From positions 1,216,001 to 1,280,000 of the forward strand of contig OY968796.1 in the NCBI GenBank assembly GCA_963695545.1: a DNA stretch of 64,000 nucleotides, written 5' to 3'. The notes beneath the pieces are model-generated. The model saw only the letters and a program-made list of their open reading frames with translations, searched no databases and was not told the origin of the DNA. Shown one piece after another: positions 30,969 to 41,383 of this stretch. Source of the stretch: Terriglobia bacterium. Its GTDB lineage: Bacteria; Acidobacteriota; Terriglobia; Acidiferrales; UBA7541. How positions within the stretch are numbered: the first letter of the stretch is position 1; each line of letters opens with the position of its first letter. Position numbers and translations under genes: made by a program.

Positions 30969-33620
30969 CTAGTGGCCTTTCAGCGCCGCCTGCCAGTTCA
31001 GCAGCACGGTAATCGAGCGCGAAGCCGTTGGATCAGCCGAAGTGATCACCACGAATCGGCTCCCATCGGCCGCCACGTCGAAAAACGGCGCCGTATAGCC
31101 CGGCACGTCCACGTCGAAAAGCGGCTGGAGCGCTTTCACTTCAATGGATTTGTCGCTCATCGCGAGATCGGCTTCCGTCAGCCGATCGCCCATGGTCAGA
31201 AAATAGAGATGACCCTTCTTATCCCATCGCGGCGACCATCCGCCATTTTGAGAGATTTGATACTTGGCCCCGGGCCCCGGAAACTGCACCACGTAAACCT
31301 GCGGCAGGCCGCCTGATTCGTAGGAGAAATATGCGAGCCAGTGACCGTCGGGAGAGAAGGTGCCGCTGTACTGAGATACTGTTACGGGCGCCGGCTGAAA
31401 CGCCTTTTGATCGCTAGACACGGGGACAGCCCAAGTCTCATGGAGCGCTGTGCGCCGGTTGAGCCCGTTAAAGGAAATGTAGCGCCCGTCCGGAGACCAG
31501 TCCACAGCGTTCGGAGCTGTGAAATCCGCGGCGGGGAACGTGGACACTGTCTCCTCGGCGCCCGATCCGTCCGCCGGCTTGCGGCAAATCGCTCGAGCGC
31601 CGCGCGGACCGCACGCATAGGCGACGTACTTCCCGTCGGGCGACCAAACCGAGAAAAGCTTCGCACCTGGGCCGAACGTAAGACGCGTCCCGACGCCGCC
31701 CGATGCAGGGAACGACCACAGATCGTCCGCGTTCGATTGCGGATCAAAAACGTTTAGGAGCACGCGCGTGCCGTCGGGGGAAATCTTGGCGCCCTCGTAT
31801 CCCCCGATATCACCAATCGCGCTCACAGAGTTGCCGTTGTGATCGAACCATTCCGGCCGCGAATCTGTCGTGCCGCCTTGGTAGGCCAGCACGCCATTCT
31901 CGGAGACTGAGAACCCGTGTGACTCCGCCAGAGGGATGGGCTTGCCCGTCAGCGTGTCGCTCGCAGGATCGAATTGCTGTGCGAGCAGGTGTGTGTCGCC
32001 ACTAACGTACAGAAGATATCCGGAGGAGTATTCGGGAAATTCCGCATCCTTAACCACAAGTTTTTTCGCGCTGGAATCGAGCGAGCCGGCCCAGATGGAC
32101 GACGAATAATCCTTGCTGAACGATACGTAGAGGAAATCCCTGCCGCCCGGAAGAAAGGTCGGAAGTACCTCTCGCATTTCGCCGTCGTCGAGTTTCCCGA
32201 CCGGATGTGGACTTCCACCAGAAGCGGAGATCTCGTTAAGCGAGCTGGTGCAGTCCGGTGTGAACAAAATCGTTCCGGTCTTACTCCACGCGCCGCGCAA
32301 ATCGCACTGCGAATCGGCCAGAACCTGAGTATTGCCGTCGTCGAGTTCCACCGTTTCCAGTTTGTTGCCGGCGAAGAACGCAACGGATTGGCTGTCCGGC
32401 GACCAAAAAGGCCCAGCCGCGCCGTCCGTGCCCGCAATCGGCTTGGCTTCGCTCGAGCCCAAGGGGCGCACCCAGAGTTTCGTAACGCCGCTCTTGTCTT
32501 CGGCGGTAAACGCCAGTTGCTTTCCGTCCGGCGAGACCACCACGAGTCCCAGGTCGTAACCGAGGTCGCGGTAACTCGTATCCACCGGCGGAGGAATATA
32601 CGCCAGCACCTGAGGCTGTTCTTCAGCGTGAGGCCGCGTCGCGATCCAAATTCCAAGTCCCGCCGCGACAACTGCAAAAAGAATCGCGGCCGACCACGCA
32701 ATCACATTCCCGCGCGTCGTGCGCTCCGCGACCGGCGAAGCGGATTCCGTCTGCGCCGGCGCGCCAGACAAAACTTCCTCGATCGCGATGCGCGCATCGC
32801 CGATCGATTGCAACCGCTGCCGCGGATCTTTTTTCAAACATCGCGCGAGAAGACTGCGAATCGCGGGCGGCGTATTCGCCGGCAGCAGCGACCAATCCGG
32901 CTCCTCGCGTATCACCGCCGCCAGCGTCTCGGTGATCGATTCGCCGCTGAACGCCATCTTCCCCGTCAGCATCTCGTAAAACACGCAGCCGAACGCCCAA
33001 ATGTCCGTCCGCCGATCGACCGCCTTCCCTTTGGCCTGCTCCGGCGACATATACGCCGCCGTGCCCAAAATTATTCCCGCCTGCGTCGCCATGTGCGTGA
33101 TCGTCGGCGAGCTCGAGATGTCGCCTTGCGACGCATCCGCATCGAGCGCCTTCGCCAACCCGAAATCGAGAATCTTCACCGCGTCGTTGTTTCCGATCTT
33201 GATGTTCGCCGGCTTTAGATCGCGGTGAATAATCCCGCGCTCGTGCGCGTACTCCACGCCTTCCGCAATTTGCTTCGCGATCGGCAGCGCCTCATCAATC
33301 GGAATCGCACCACGCGCGATGCGACCCGCAAGCGTTGGCCCTTCCACCAGCTCCATCACCAACGCATGCACGTTGCCGGAATCCTCGAAGCCATAAATAG
33401 CAGCGATGTTTGGATGATTCAGCGATGCCAGCATCTTCGCTTCGCGCTGAAAGCGGGAAAGCTTCTCGGCATCCCGCGCGAATGTTTCCGGCAGCACCTT
33501 GATCGCCACGTCGCGCCCCAGCCGCGCGTCGCGCGCGCGATACACCTCGCCCATCCCGCCCGCGCCAATCGCGCCGACGATTTCGTATGGACCGAGTCTT
33601 GTTCCGGCCGAAAGTGTCAT
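30969..33620 (-). CDS. Hanks-type Ser/Thr kinase with TM helix and TolB/PD40 beta-propeller
   Basis: GAGGMGEVY, VAIK, HRDLKPAN, DFGLAK, YMSPEQ; repeated SPDG motifs; start MTLSAGTRLGPYE. Confidence 0.95.
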   Translation of the reverse strand: MTLSAGTRLGPYEIVGAIGAGGMGEVYRARDARLGRDVAIKVLPETFARDAEKLSRFQREAKMLASLNHPNIAAIYGFEDSGNVHALVMELVEGPTLAGRIARGAIPIDEALPIAKQIAEGVEYAHERGIIHRDLKPANIKIGNNDAVKILDFGLAKALDADASQGDISSSPTITHMATQAGIILGTAAYMSPEQAKGKAVDRRTDIWAFGCVFYEMLTGKMAFSGESITETLAAVIREEPDWSLLPANTPPAIRSLLARCLKKDPRQRLQSIGDARIAIEEVLSGAPAQTESASPVAERTTRGNVIAWSAAILFAVVAAGLGIWIATRPHAEEQPQVLAYIPPPVDTSYRDLGYDLGLVVVSPDGKQLAFTAEDKSGVTKLWVRPLGSSEAKPIAGTDGAAGPFWSPDSQSVAFFAGNKLETVELDDGNTQVLADSQCDLRGAWSKTGTILFTPDCTSSLNEISASGGSPHPVGKLDDGEMREVLPTFLPGGRDFLYVSFSKDYSSSIWAGSLDSSAKKLVVKDAEFPEYSSGYLLYVSGDTHLLAQQFDPASDTLTGKPIPLAESHGFSVSENGVLAYQGGTTDSRPEWFDHNGNSVSAIGDIGGYEGAKISPDGTRVLLNVFDPQSNADDLWSFPASGGVGTRLTFGPGAKLFSVWSPDGKYVAYACGPRGARAICRKPADGSGAEETVSTFPAADFTAPNAVDWSPDGRYISFNGLNRRTALHETWAVPVSSDQKAFQPAPVTVSQYSGTFSPDGHWLAYFSYESGGLPQVYVVQFPGPGAKYQISQNGGWSPRWDKKGHLYFLTMGDRLTEADLAMSDKSIEVKALQPLFDVDVPGYTAPFFDVAADGSRFVVITSADPTASRSITVLLNWQAALKGH

Positions 33621-33670
33621 TCCACTGCCATGCGGCGAATAATCACGAGATTGTGCGCATGCTCCACGAA

Positions 33671-36376
33671 CTATTTCTTTCTTGGGTTCGCAAATTCGGT
33701 GAACCAATTCTGGTCCACGACGATGGTTCGCGGCGGCTCTTCTCCTATTTGTTGCACCATCAAAAAGCGCTGGCCATCGCGAGAGATGTCGTACACGGAA
33801 TCGCCGAAGCCCTGCGGAGCCGCCAAGTGCTCGCTTTCGAGGGAGAAGAGTTCGACCGGTGTACCGAGATGCAGAGACGGCTGTGTCGTGACCTTCACGG
33901 CCATCAGGTTGTTGTCCGCGATGAAATACAATTCGTCGCCGCGGGGGCTCCAAACTGGAGCGCCGCCGCCATCCGCCGACACCTGCCAGCGCCCTTGGCC
34001 ACTAGGAAATTGAGTAATGTAGATTTGGGACTGTCCTGCATTCCCTTCGGTGTAGGCTGCGTACCGCTCGTCCGGCGAAATGCGAAGGTCGAATTCGTGT
34101 CCGGAAGTGTTCGGGAAGCAGACTGGCTTTCCCGTCGGCGCCGGCACTTGTCCGCCGCCGATCGATACATAGCACACCTCTCGCGAACCTGCCGCGATGC
34201 CAGTTCCTGCTTTTTCCTCCATCGTGTATGCGAGGTAATCGCCGCGCGCGGATACCTGCGGCGAGGCGCCTTGCAGCAGCTCGTGCGTTTCGCCAGAACC
34301 GTCGGCGGCTGTGAGCGAGATTGTCTCCGTAATGCCTTGGACCACGCCAAAGACAATGTGATTTCCGTCAGACGTCCAGCTGGGGGTGTAGTAGTCCCCG
34401 CCCTGAGAAGAAGCAAACAGTTGCGTTCCCACTCCGCGAGTTACGTCGTAGACCCAAAAGTTCTCATCGCCGTTGTCTTCCGGGGCGGCAACGGCGATTC
34501 GCTTTCCGTCCGGAGAGAGAGCCGGACTCGCGAGCCCCGGCTGGGGCTGTCCGATCACACCTTGAATCTTTCCATCGCGGCCTACCCAAACCATCTGACT
34601 CTGTCTCGCCGAAGCGGGCAACTCATAAATCAACGTTCCGTCGGACGAGACACTCGGAGACGTGCCCATTCCCGTTACCAGGAAAGGCTGGCCCGTAACT
34701 TCGAGTTTTGCCATCGAGAAGGGAACCGCCCATATCCCTTCGGTTGTGTCACTCTGCGAGTTTCCGTTCTCGAAGAGTATTTCTCCGGGGGGAGAGTAGA
34801 CAGGAGTAGAGGGATCCCAACCGCTCTGCTCGAACACTGTTTTGCGCCTGCCGTTCGTAAGAACTTCGATGCTCCTAGCCCCCGTGATGTGATGCACCGG
34901 ATAAATCAAATCGAGATCGCCCTGGAGTAGGTCCAATTCATGGAAGTCCACTTCTGTGCTTCGGTTGAGAAGTCCCAAATCTGTCGTATCCCCGCCTTGC
35001 GCGGAAACCTCATGCATGTCGCCCCGCCATGCGGAAAAAAAGATTTGATTGTCCGCGCCCCATGCGGCGCCCAGAATCGGCCCTGACAAGGTGCAAATTC
35101 CCGTCGGAGAGCCACCGGCAACGGGGATCCGCCAGAGTGTTCCTTGATCCGCGAAGCCGACTGATTCGCTGTCGGGCGACCAGAAGATAGGAGTCCCCAG
35201 AGAAGTGGGTGTGAGGGAGTACAGTTTGCGCTCGCCCAATTGGTCGAGTTCGCGGACGAATAGCTCATTCGCAGCCACGTACGCGATCTTCCGGCCGTCT
35301 GGAGAAATCTGGGGATGTGAAACCCAGCCCGCCGCCAACTTCTCCACGTTGATCTCGAATTTTCGCAACGGCGGTCCGGGAGAGGCTGGCTGGAAGAACG
35401 CGAGAGCAATGGCTGCCAGCACGGCGACGGCCGCAACAACCCAGGGTAACGCGCGACGCCAGAGCGGCGCCCAAACGCCTGCGGCAGTGGCAGCGGACAC
35501 TTGCGAATCACCCGGCGCGCCCGAGAGAATTTCATCAATCGCGATGCGCGCGTCGCCAATCGACTGCAGCCGCTGCCGCGCGTCTTTTTTCAAGCATCGC
35601 GCGAGAAGATTGCGAATCGCGGACGGCGTATTCGCCGGCAGCAACGACCAATCCGGCTCCTCCCGTATCACCGCCGCCAGCGTCTCCGTGATCGATTCGC
35701 CGCCGAAGGCCATCTTCGCCGTCAGCATCTCGTAAAACACGCAGCCGAACGCCCAAATGTCCGTGCGCCGATCGACCACCTTGCCCTTGGCCTGCTCCGG
35801 CGACATATACGCCGCCGTGCCCAAAATTATTCCCGCCTGCGTCGCCATGTGCGTGATCGTCGGCGAATTCGACATGTCGCCTTGCGAAGCATCCACATCC
35901 AGCGCTTTCGCCAACCCGAAATCGAGAATCTTCACCGCGTCGTTGTTTCCGATCTTGATGTTCGCCGGCTTTAGATCGCGGTGAATAATCCCGCGCTCGT
36001 GCGCGTACTCCACGCCTTCCGCAATTTGCTTCGCGATCGGCAGCGCCTCATCAATCGGAATCGCACCACGCGCGATGCGATCCGCAAGCGTTGGCCCTTC
36101 CACCAGCTCCATCACCAACGCATGCACGTTGCCGGAATCCTCGAAGCCATAAATAGCAGCGATGTTTGGATGATTCAGCGAAGCCAGCATCTTCGCTTCG
36201 CGCTGAAAGCGAGAGAGCTTCTCGGCGTCGCGCGCGAATGTTTCCGGCAGCACTTTCACCGCAACGTCGCGCCCCAGCCGCGCGTCGCGCGCGCGATACA
36301 CTTCTCCCATCCCGCCCGCGCCAATCGCGCCGAGGATTTCATAGGGACCGAGTTGAGTGCCTTTGGAAAGCGGCAT
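33671..36376 (-). CDS. Second Ser/Thr kinase with TM helix and PD40 propeller
   Basis: Same kinase motifs; divergent C-terminal propeller. Confidence 0.95.
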   Translation of the reverse strand: MPLSKGTQLGPYEILGAIGAGGMGEVYRARDARLGRDVAVKVLPETFARDAEKLSRFQREAKMLASLNHPNIAAIYGFEDSGNVHALVMELVEGPTLADRIARGAIPIDEALPIAKQIAEGVEYAHERGIIHRDLKPANIKIGNNDAVKILDFGLAKALDVDASQGDMSNSPTITHMATQAGIILGTAAYMSPEQAKGKVVDRRTDIWAFGCVFYEMLTAKMAFGGESITETLAAVIREEPDWSLLPANTPSAIRNLLARCLKKDARQRLQSIGDARIAIDEILSGAPGDSQVSAATAAGVWAPLWRRALPWVVAAVAVLAAIALAFFQPASPGPPLRKFEINVEKLAAGWVSHPQISPDGRKIAYVAANELFVRELDQLGERKLYSLTPTSLGTPIFWSPDSESVGFADQGTLWRIPVAGGSPTGICTLSGPILGAAWGADNQIFFSAWRGDMHEVSAQGGDTTDLGLLNRSTEVDFHELDLLQGDLDLIYPVHHITGARSIEVLTNGRRKTVFEQSGWDPSTPVYSPPGEILFENGNSQSDTTEGIWAVPFSMAKLEVTGQPFLVTGMGTSPSVSSDGTLIYELPASARQSQMVWVGRDGKIQGVIGQPQPGLASPALSPDGKRIAVAAPEDNGDENFWVYDVTRGVGTQLFASSQGGDYYTPSWTSDGNHIVFGVVQGITETISLTAADGSGETHELLQGASPQVSARGDYLAYTMEEKAGTGIAAGSREVCYVSIGGGQVPAPTGKPVCFPNTSGHEFDLRISPDERYAAYTEGNAGQSQIYITQFPSGQGRWQVSADGGGAPVWSPRGDELYFIADNNLMAVKVTTQPSLHLGTPVELFSLESEHLAAPQGFGDSVYDISRDGQRFLMVQQIGEEPPRTIVVDQNWFTEFANPRKK

Positions 36377-36449
36377 GAGTACAGCGACTATACTAATATT
36401 CGGTACGGTTTTCTCGGTAGCGGATTCAGATTCGTCTCAGCGCAAAGCA

Positions 36450-37848
36450 TCACAGCAGCGCGCCGCGCTCTGCCGCGCGCCGCGACTCCCATTTCAGCGC
36501 GCGATACACCGGATAGCTCGCCGCGAGCACGACAAAAGTCCAGCGGCGTGTTCTGCCGATCGCTCGCGAGCGCTCCCACTAAAAACACCACCGAAGCCGC
36601 CAGCGCGATCGACGTGGTCCACGGATATCCCCACGCGCGATGCGGACGCTCCGCATCCGGCATGCGCCGCCGCAGCACAAATAGCGACACGAACGACAGC
36701 GCGTAATCGGCCACAAAAAACGACGCCAGAATCGCCGCCACACGCTCGAAGCTGAACATCGCGAAGCACAGGCCCACCGCGGTTGAAAGCCAGAGCGAGG
36801 GCGCCGGAATTCCGCCGCGATTTACGCGCGCAAACAGCGGAAAGAAAAGCGCGTCGCGGCTCATGGCATAGAGCGCTCGAGAGGTCGCCAGCTCCATCGC
36901 GTTCACGCTGCTCAGCAGACCCACCACGACCACGACGCGGACGAAGTTGTTGCCCGCGGCGCCCAGCACGCGTCGCGCGGCAATCCCCATCGCAAAATCG
37001 CTGCCGGCAAATTCCCGCACCGAAACCAGATGCACCACCGCTGCGTTCACCAGGAAATAAATCGCGAGCACGGAAAACACCGTGCCGAAAATCGCGCGCG
37101 GAATATCGCGCCCCGGATTGTGCACTTCACCGCCGAAGTACACCACCCCGTACCAGCCGTCGTAGGTGTAGATCACCGCCTGCAGCGCAAGAATGAACGC
37201 CACAAACAGCGGCCATCCCACCGGCACCGCGGCGCGCGAGGCCACGGCCGTCACCGGCGTCGCGTGGCGCGAGAAACAAACCACCACCACCGCCAGAAAC
37301 AGCGCGGCCTTTACGATCGACGTCAGGTCTTGAACGCCGCTGCCCACATGCATGCTTTTCCATTGCAGCAGCGCAAAAAGCAGAATCACGCCCGCGGCCA
37401 GCGCCCGTACGTGGCCATGCGCCGCCGGCACCAAATCGCTGGTGTATTCCCCGAAAACGATGGCCACGGCGGCAAAGCTCCCGGCCGTCGAAATCCAATC
37501 GCTCCAGCCGACGATGAATCCCGCGTAATCGCCCAGCGCGGCCCGCGCGAAATTGTATTGCCCGCCGCTCTTCGGCAATAGCGCGCCCAGCTCGGCGAAC
37601 TGCAGCGCCCCCAGCGTCATATAGACTCCGCCGGTGGCCCACGCCGCAAAGTACAGCCACGTCGAAGGCAGAAAGCCGGCGATCTCGCCGGGCGCGCGCA
37701 CGATTCCCGCGCCAATCGTATTGCCGATGGCCACCGCGATTCCAAATCCGATTCCCAGAGTGGTGATCAGCCGCCCGCGCCCGGCAAGTACGGCGCTGCC
37801 GGTCTGCGCGGGGCGCATTGGTTTACCCGAACTGGATTCTGTGGCCAA
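36450..37848 (-). CDS. APC-family amino acid permease with a probable frameshift near 36543
   Basis: GNTIGAGI, AELGALLPKSGGQY, YTYDGW, EVHNPGRDIPR, RPHRAWGYPWT; the last helix (WTFVVLAASYPVYR) is in another frame ending 36450. Confidence 0.88.
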
Positions 37849-37954
37849 GAAAATCCCGTCGCCTCGAGCGCGCTTAGATGAAATGAAAATCCATCATAGC
37901 CGAGCACTCTATCGGCGCAAGCGGAAGTTGACGAACGCATTCGGTTCGCCACAA

Positions 37955-37986
37955 GGATGCCCCACAAGTCGTGTTTACGTGTGGGG
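37955..37986. repeat. REP-like extragenic palindrome
   Basis: GGATG-CCCCACA...TGTGGGG; similar layout at 44485-44520. Confidence 0.45.
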
Positions 37987-38088
37987 TTCGCACTCCGTTG
38001 TCATCGCTCACTGAACTTCGGTATGTTTCGGCTTCACGCGAAGTTTTCGCTGGCCCGCGCGGAGCGCATTGCTCTAATCAGCGCTTCC

Positions 38089-38589
38089 TCAGTGTTTCCA
38101 CAAATGGACTACGTTTCCATTCGCGGACTTCAGATCCCCGGGCTGCATGCCCGCCGGGCAAGCGCCGATATATTTCTGGTCCTGGATCATCGTCGTGTCG
38201 GTTATGCCGGACATTGCAGGAGTGTAGGTGCTATGGCTCTCGGAATGCGTCGCCGTATCGCCGGTGTAGGTGACCGTTCCCTTGCTCTCGATCGTGGTGC
38301 CTCCAACCGTGCACTTCATGTCCATCGTGTATTTGCCACCCTCGTAGCTATCGTTGGCCGGGCTGCAACCCTTCACGTTTTTCGCTAGGGAATTCGAGTA
38401 TTGGTCGTAAGCGTGATTCCGGCAGATCGTTGACGAGGACTCGCTCTTCACGTTCCCCGGATTGTCGGTCGTCTCGGTATGGATCGACCACAGCCCCTCC
38501 TTCACATCCGGCGGAGTGCCTGCCGCCATAGCAATCCCGATCGGCACCGAGAGCGCTGCCACATAGATCAGCACCTTCGTAATCTTCAT
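38089..38589 (-). CDS. Secreted protein, DUF3617-like
   Basis: Signal peptide, VKEGLW, four Cys, KYIGAC. Confidence 0.8.
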   Translation of the reverse strand: MKITKVLIYVAALSVPIGIAMAAGTPPDVKEGLWSIHTETTDNPGNVKSESSSTICRNHAYDQYSNSLAKNVKGCSPANDSYEGGKYTMDMKCTVGGTTIESKGTVTYTGDTATHSESHSTYTPAMSGITDTTMIQDQKYIGACPAGMQPGDLKSANGNVVHLWKH

Positions 38590-38748
38590 CGTAATCCTCC
38601 GTTGTTTCGTTCGCCGTGCGGTCGCCGCGCGCGCAATCGCCAGTGTATCTCTCGCGCCAGTGTATCCCCTCGCGTGAAACATTTGTGGGATATGAGCGAG
38701 CGCGGTCGAAACGCGCGCCTCACGCGTGGAGTGCGATAATCTCACCCG

Positions 38749-39120
38749 ATGAATTTCTATCACGCGCTCGCCATCGCCGTTCTCACGTTGCACCTCGCGT
38801 GGTGCGCGTGGGTCGTCTTCGGCTGGCTCTTCACGCGCGGACGCCCCGTCCTCCGCTGGGCGCACATCCTTTCGCTCTTCTATTCCATTTTTATCGAGAT
38901 CGCGCCCGTTCCCTGCCCGCTCACGCTCGCCGAACAATGGTGCGAACGCCGCGCCGGGATCACACCGTACACGCAACCGTTCCTGGTCCATTATCTCGAG
39001 GCCACGATTTATCCGAACGTTCCGCTCCTAGTGCTCCTCCCCACCGCCGTCGCACTGTGCCTGTTCCTTCTCGGCGTCTACGTCCGCCGCTTCCTTCGCC
39101 GCAGCGGCGCGAGTTGGTAA
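38749..39120 (+). CDS. Membrane protein, DUF2784-like
   Basis: LHLAW, WAH, CPLTLAEQW, FLVHYLEATIYP. Confidence 0.85.
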   Translation: MNFYHALAIAVLTLHLAWCAWVVFGWLFTRGRPVLRWAHILSLFYSIFIEIAPVPCPLTLAEQWCERRAGITPYTQPFLVHYLEATIYPNVPLLVLLPTAVALCLFLLGVYVRRFLRRSGASW

Positions 39121-39228
39121 CATCCGCCTGATTCTCGAAGCAGCAGCTGATCGTCATGCCACCCACGGCGACGGTTCCTACCGCCAAGGGGCCTGGATCG
39201 CCAGTTCACGAGTACAATACACATCCCT

Positions 39229-41211
39229 ATGACCGAACACTCTAATGCTCGACGAAAAGGGATCTTCTTGAAAAAAATATCCTCGTTACTGATTCTTCTC
39301 GCGCTGATGACGGGTTTGCTTCCCGCGCTTTTGCATGCGCAGGCGTCAGCTCAGCCAGCCGCCGCCGCGGACGACACCGCCCGCCGCGATGCCGCCGATC
39401 TCGTGCAGTTCGAGCGCAAAGCAACCCTCGCCAAGGAACTCGGCGCGACCGACGCGCTGGTCACCGAAGGACTTCCTCTCGCCACCTGGGAAATGGATGC
39501 AACCGATCCGTATCCCATGTGGTTCGTGCACCACGCCGGCCTGCTGATAATTTTCCCGCCCAAGGACGTCCAGCCCTACGTGGACATGAAGTACGCCGCG
39601 CGCGTCCAAGCGATATTGGAAAAGCGCTGCGCAATCCTCGCGAAGCTTGGCCTGAAAGCCGTGTGGAACGCGAATGAACCCGCCGTGATGCCCGAAGCTT
39701 TTTTCACCGCGTATCCTCAACTGCGCGGCCCGCGCATCGACCAGCCCAACCGCTCGCGCAAAGCCTACTTCGCGCCCAGCGTCGACGAGCCCGATACGCT
39801 GCGCATGTACCGCGATTCCATACAGCTCCTGCTCAAAGCCTGCCCCGAGGTCGAACAATTCAATTGGGTCACCACCGACGCCGGCTCCGGCTTCGATTGG
39901 TCTCCGTCGCTTTATCCCGGCATCAACGGCAACAGCAATTATAAAGATCGCCCCATGGCCGATCGAGTCTCCGGCTTCCTGATCAACGCTCAACAAGCCG
40001 CCAAGGATGCCGGCCACGATATCGAAATCAATCTCACTCCGATCGCCGCGCGCCAGTGGATGATCCCCACTTTTTCGCCCGACGTGCTCCGCGACATTAT
40101 CCGCGAGCTGCCGCGCGGCCTCGCAGTTCAAGGCCGCGAAGGCCCCGATGGCCGCCCGTTCCAAGGCGTCGCCACAATCGGTGGAGGAGGAGGCGCGGCG
40201 TTTTATCCCGTAGTCGGCATCGTCGTGCCGTCGATCGAGCCCGCAGGCGGTGGCGCCGCCGGCATGAGTGCTGGAGCCGGAACGAGTGGTGGAGGCGCGG
40301 GAGCAGCTCCTGCACGTTTCATGATTAATTTCGGTGACGACGCGTCCGTCGACTTTAACTATCGCTTTCTGAAATTCACGCGTTCGGCTCCGATGCGCAC
40401 GCTCGCCGACCGCGTCGCGACACTCCGCGCCTTCGCCGTCACCGAAGTCGGCGAGGACCAAGCCGACAATTTGATGGAAGTCTGGAGCGCGCTCAATAAC
40501 GCCGAGCACAATTTGGAAATCCTCGACTTCGGCGGAATGCTGCGCTTCGGCGACGTGCTCAACCGCTGGATCACGCGCCCCATGGTTCCGTATCCCGAAG
40601 AGCTGACCGCCGCAGAGAAAAAAGATTACGCCCAGTTTATTTTCCAGGCCAAAGGCGACGAGCAAGCCGCCGACCTGGTCGATATCCAAGCCATGCGCGA
40701 GTACGAGGGCTGGGGCGCCAAACTCCTCTTCCAGCGCACCATCGAATTGACCGTCCCACGCATTCGCCGCGCCGTAACTCTCGTCAACGCCATTTCCGCC
40801 GCCGCAAAAGACGACGCCTCTCGCGCGCAGTGGGATCTCACGGCCAAGCGCCTGCAAGCCGTCATCTATCTCCTGCAGTCCGCCGACAACATGGTCGCCT
40901 ATCAAGCCCAACTCGATCGCGTAAAAAGTTTGGGCGCGAAACCCGAGCCCAATCCGGTTCTCGGCACGCAATCCAGTTGGGATCGCACCGACCTGATGGA
41001 AACCGCGCGCAAAGAAATCGACACCATGGTGAACCTCAACCTACTGCTCGCCAGCACCAGCGAACCAATCCTCGATCTCGCCCCCACGCCCGGCGAAGAA
41101 TCCATCATGCGCCTCGGCCCAAACATATCGGCGCAGATCACGCGCAAGATCGACATCATGAACGCCCACTGGCGCGATTACGACCGCCTCTTCACAGTCC
41201 CGAATCCATAA
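39229..41211 (+). CDS. Secreted hypothetical protein, possibly carbohydrate-active
   Basis: 660-aa ORF with strong codon bias and a signal peptide (alternative start TTG 39268); no family recognised. Confidence 0.8.
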   Translation: MTEHSNARRKGIFLKKISSLLILLALMTGLLPALLHAQASAQPAAAADDTARRDAADLVQFERKATLAKELGATDALVTEGLPLATWEMDATDPYPMWFVHHAGLLIIFPPKDVQPYVDMKYAARVQAILEKRCAILAKLGLKAVWNANEPAVMPEAFFTAYPQLRGPRIDQPNRSRKAYFAPSVDEPDTLRMYRDSIQLLLKACPEVEQFNWVTTDAGSGFDWSPSLYPGINGNSNYKDRPMADRVSGFLINAQQAAKDAGHDIEINLTPIAARQWMIPTFSPDVLRDIIRELPRGLAVQGREGPDGRPFQGVATIGGGGGAAFYPVVGIVVPSIEPAGGGAAGMSAGAGTSGGGAGAAPARFMINFGDDASVDFNYRFLKFTRSAPMRTLADRVATLRAFAVTEVGEDQADNLMEVWSALNNAEHNLEILDFGGMLRFGDVLNRWITRPMVPYPEELTAAEKKDYAQFIFQAKGDEQAADLVDIQAMREYEGWGAKLLFQRTIELTVPRIRRAVTLVNAISAAAKDDASRAQWDLTAKRLQAVIYLLQSADNMVAYQAQLDRVKSLGAKPEPNPVLGTQSSWDRTDLMETARKEIDTMVNLNLLLASTSEPILDLAPTPGEESIMRLGPNISAQITRKIDIMNAHWRDYDRLFTVPNP

Positions 41212-41235
41212 GCCGGTCGCGTCGGCGCCTGCCCT

Positions 41236-41373
41236 GACGCTGACGCCTGCTACAAGCCCTATGCCGTGTTTTCCCACGGGAGATGGATGCTGTGGTACAA
41301 CGGTCGCAACGCGCACCTCGAGCAGATCGGCCTCGCCACTCGAAATGGCCCGTCGCTCGGTTTTGACGGCTAG
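41236..41373 (+). pseudogene. C-terminal remnant of a beta-propeller glycoside hydrolase
   Basis: DADACYKPYAVFSHGRWMLWYNGRNAHLEQIGLA..., no start codon. Confidence 0.6.
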
Positions 41374-41383
41374 AGTGCAATTT

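Noticed and set aside
33621..33953. N-terminal extension of the first kinase in the ORF track
   Set aside because: Overlaps the paralogous kinase gene; alignment of the two proteins puts the start at 33620
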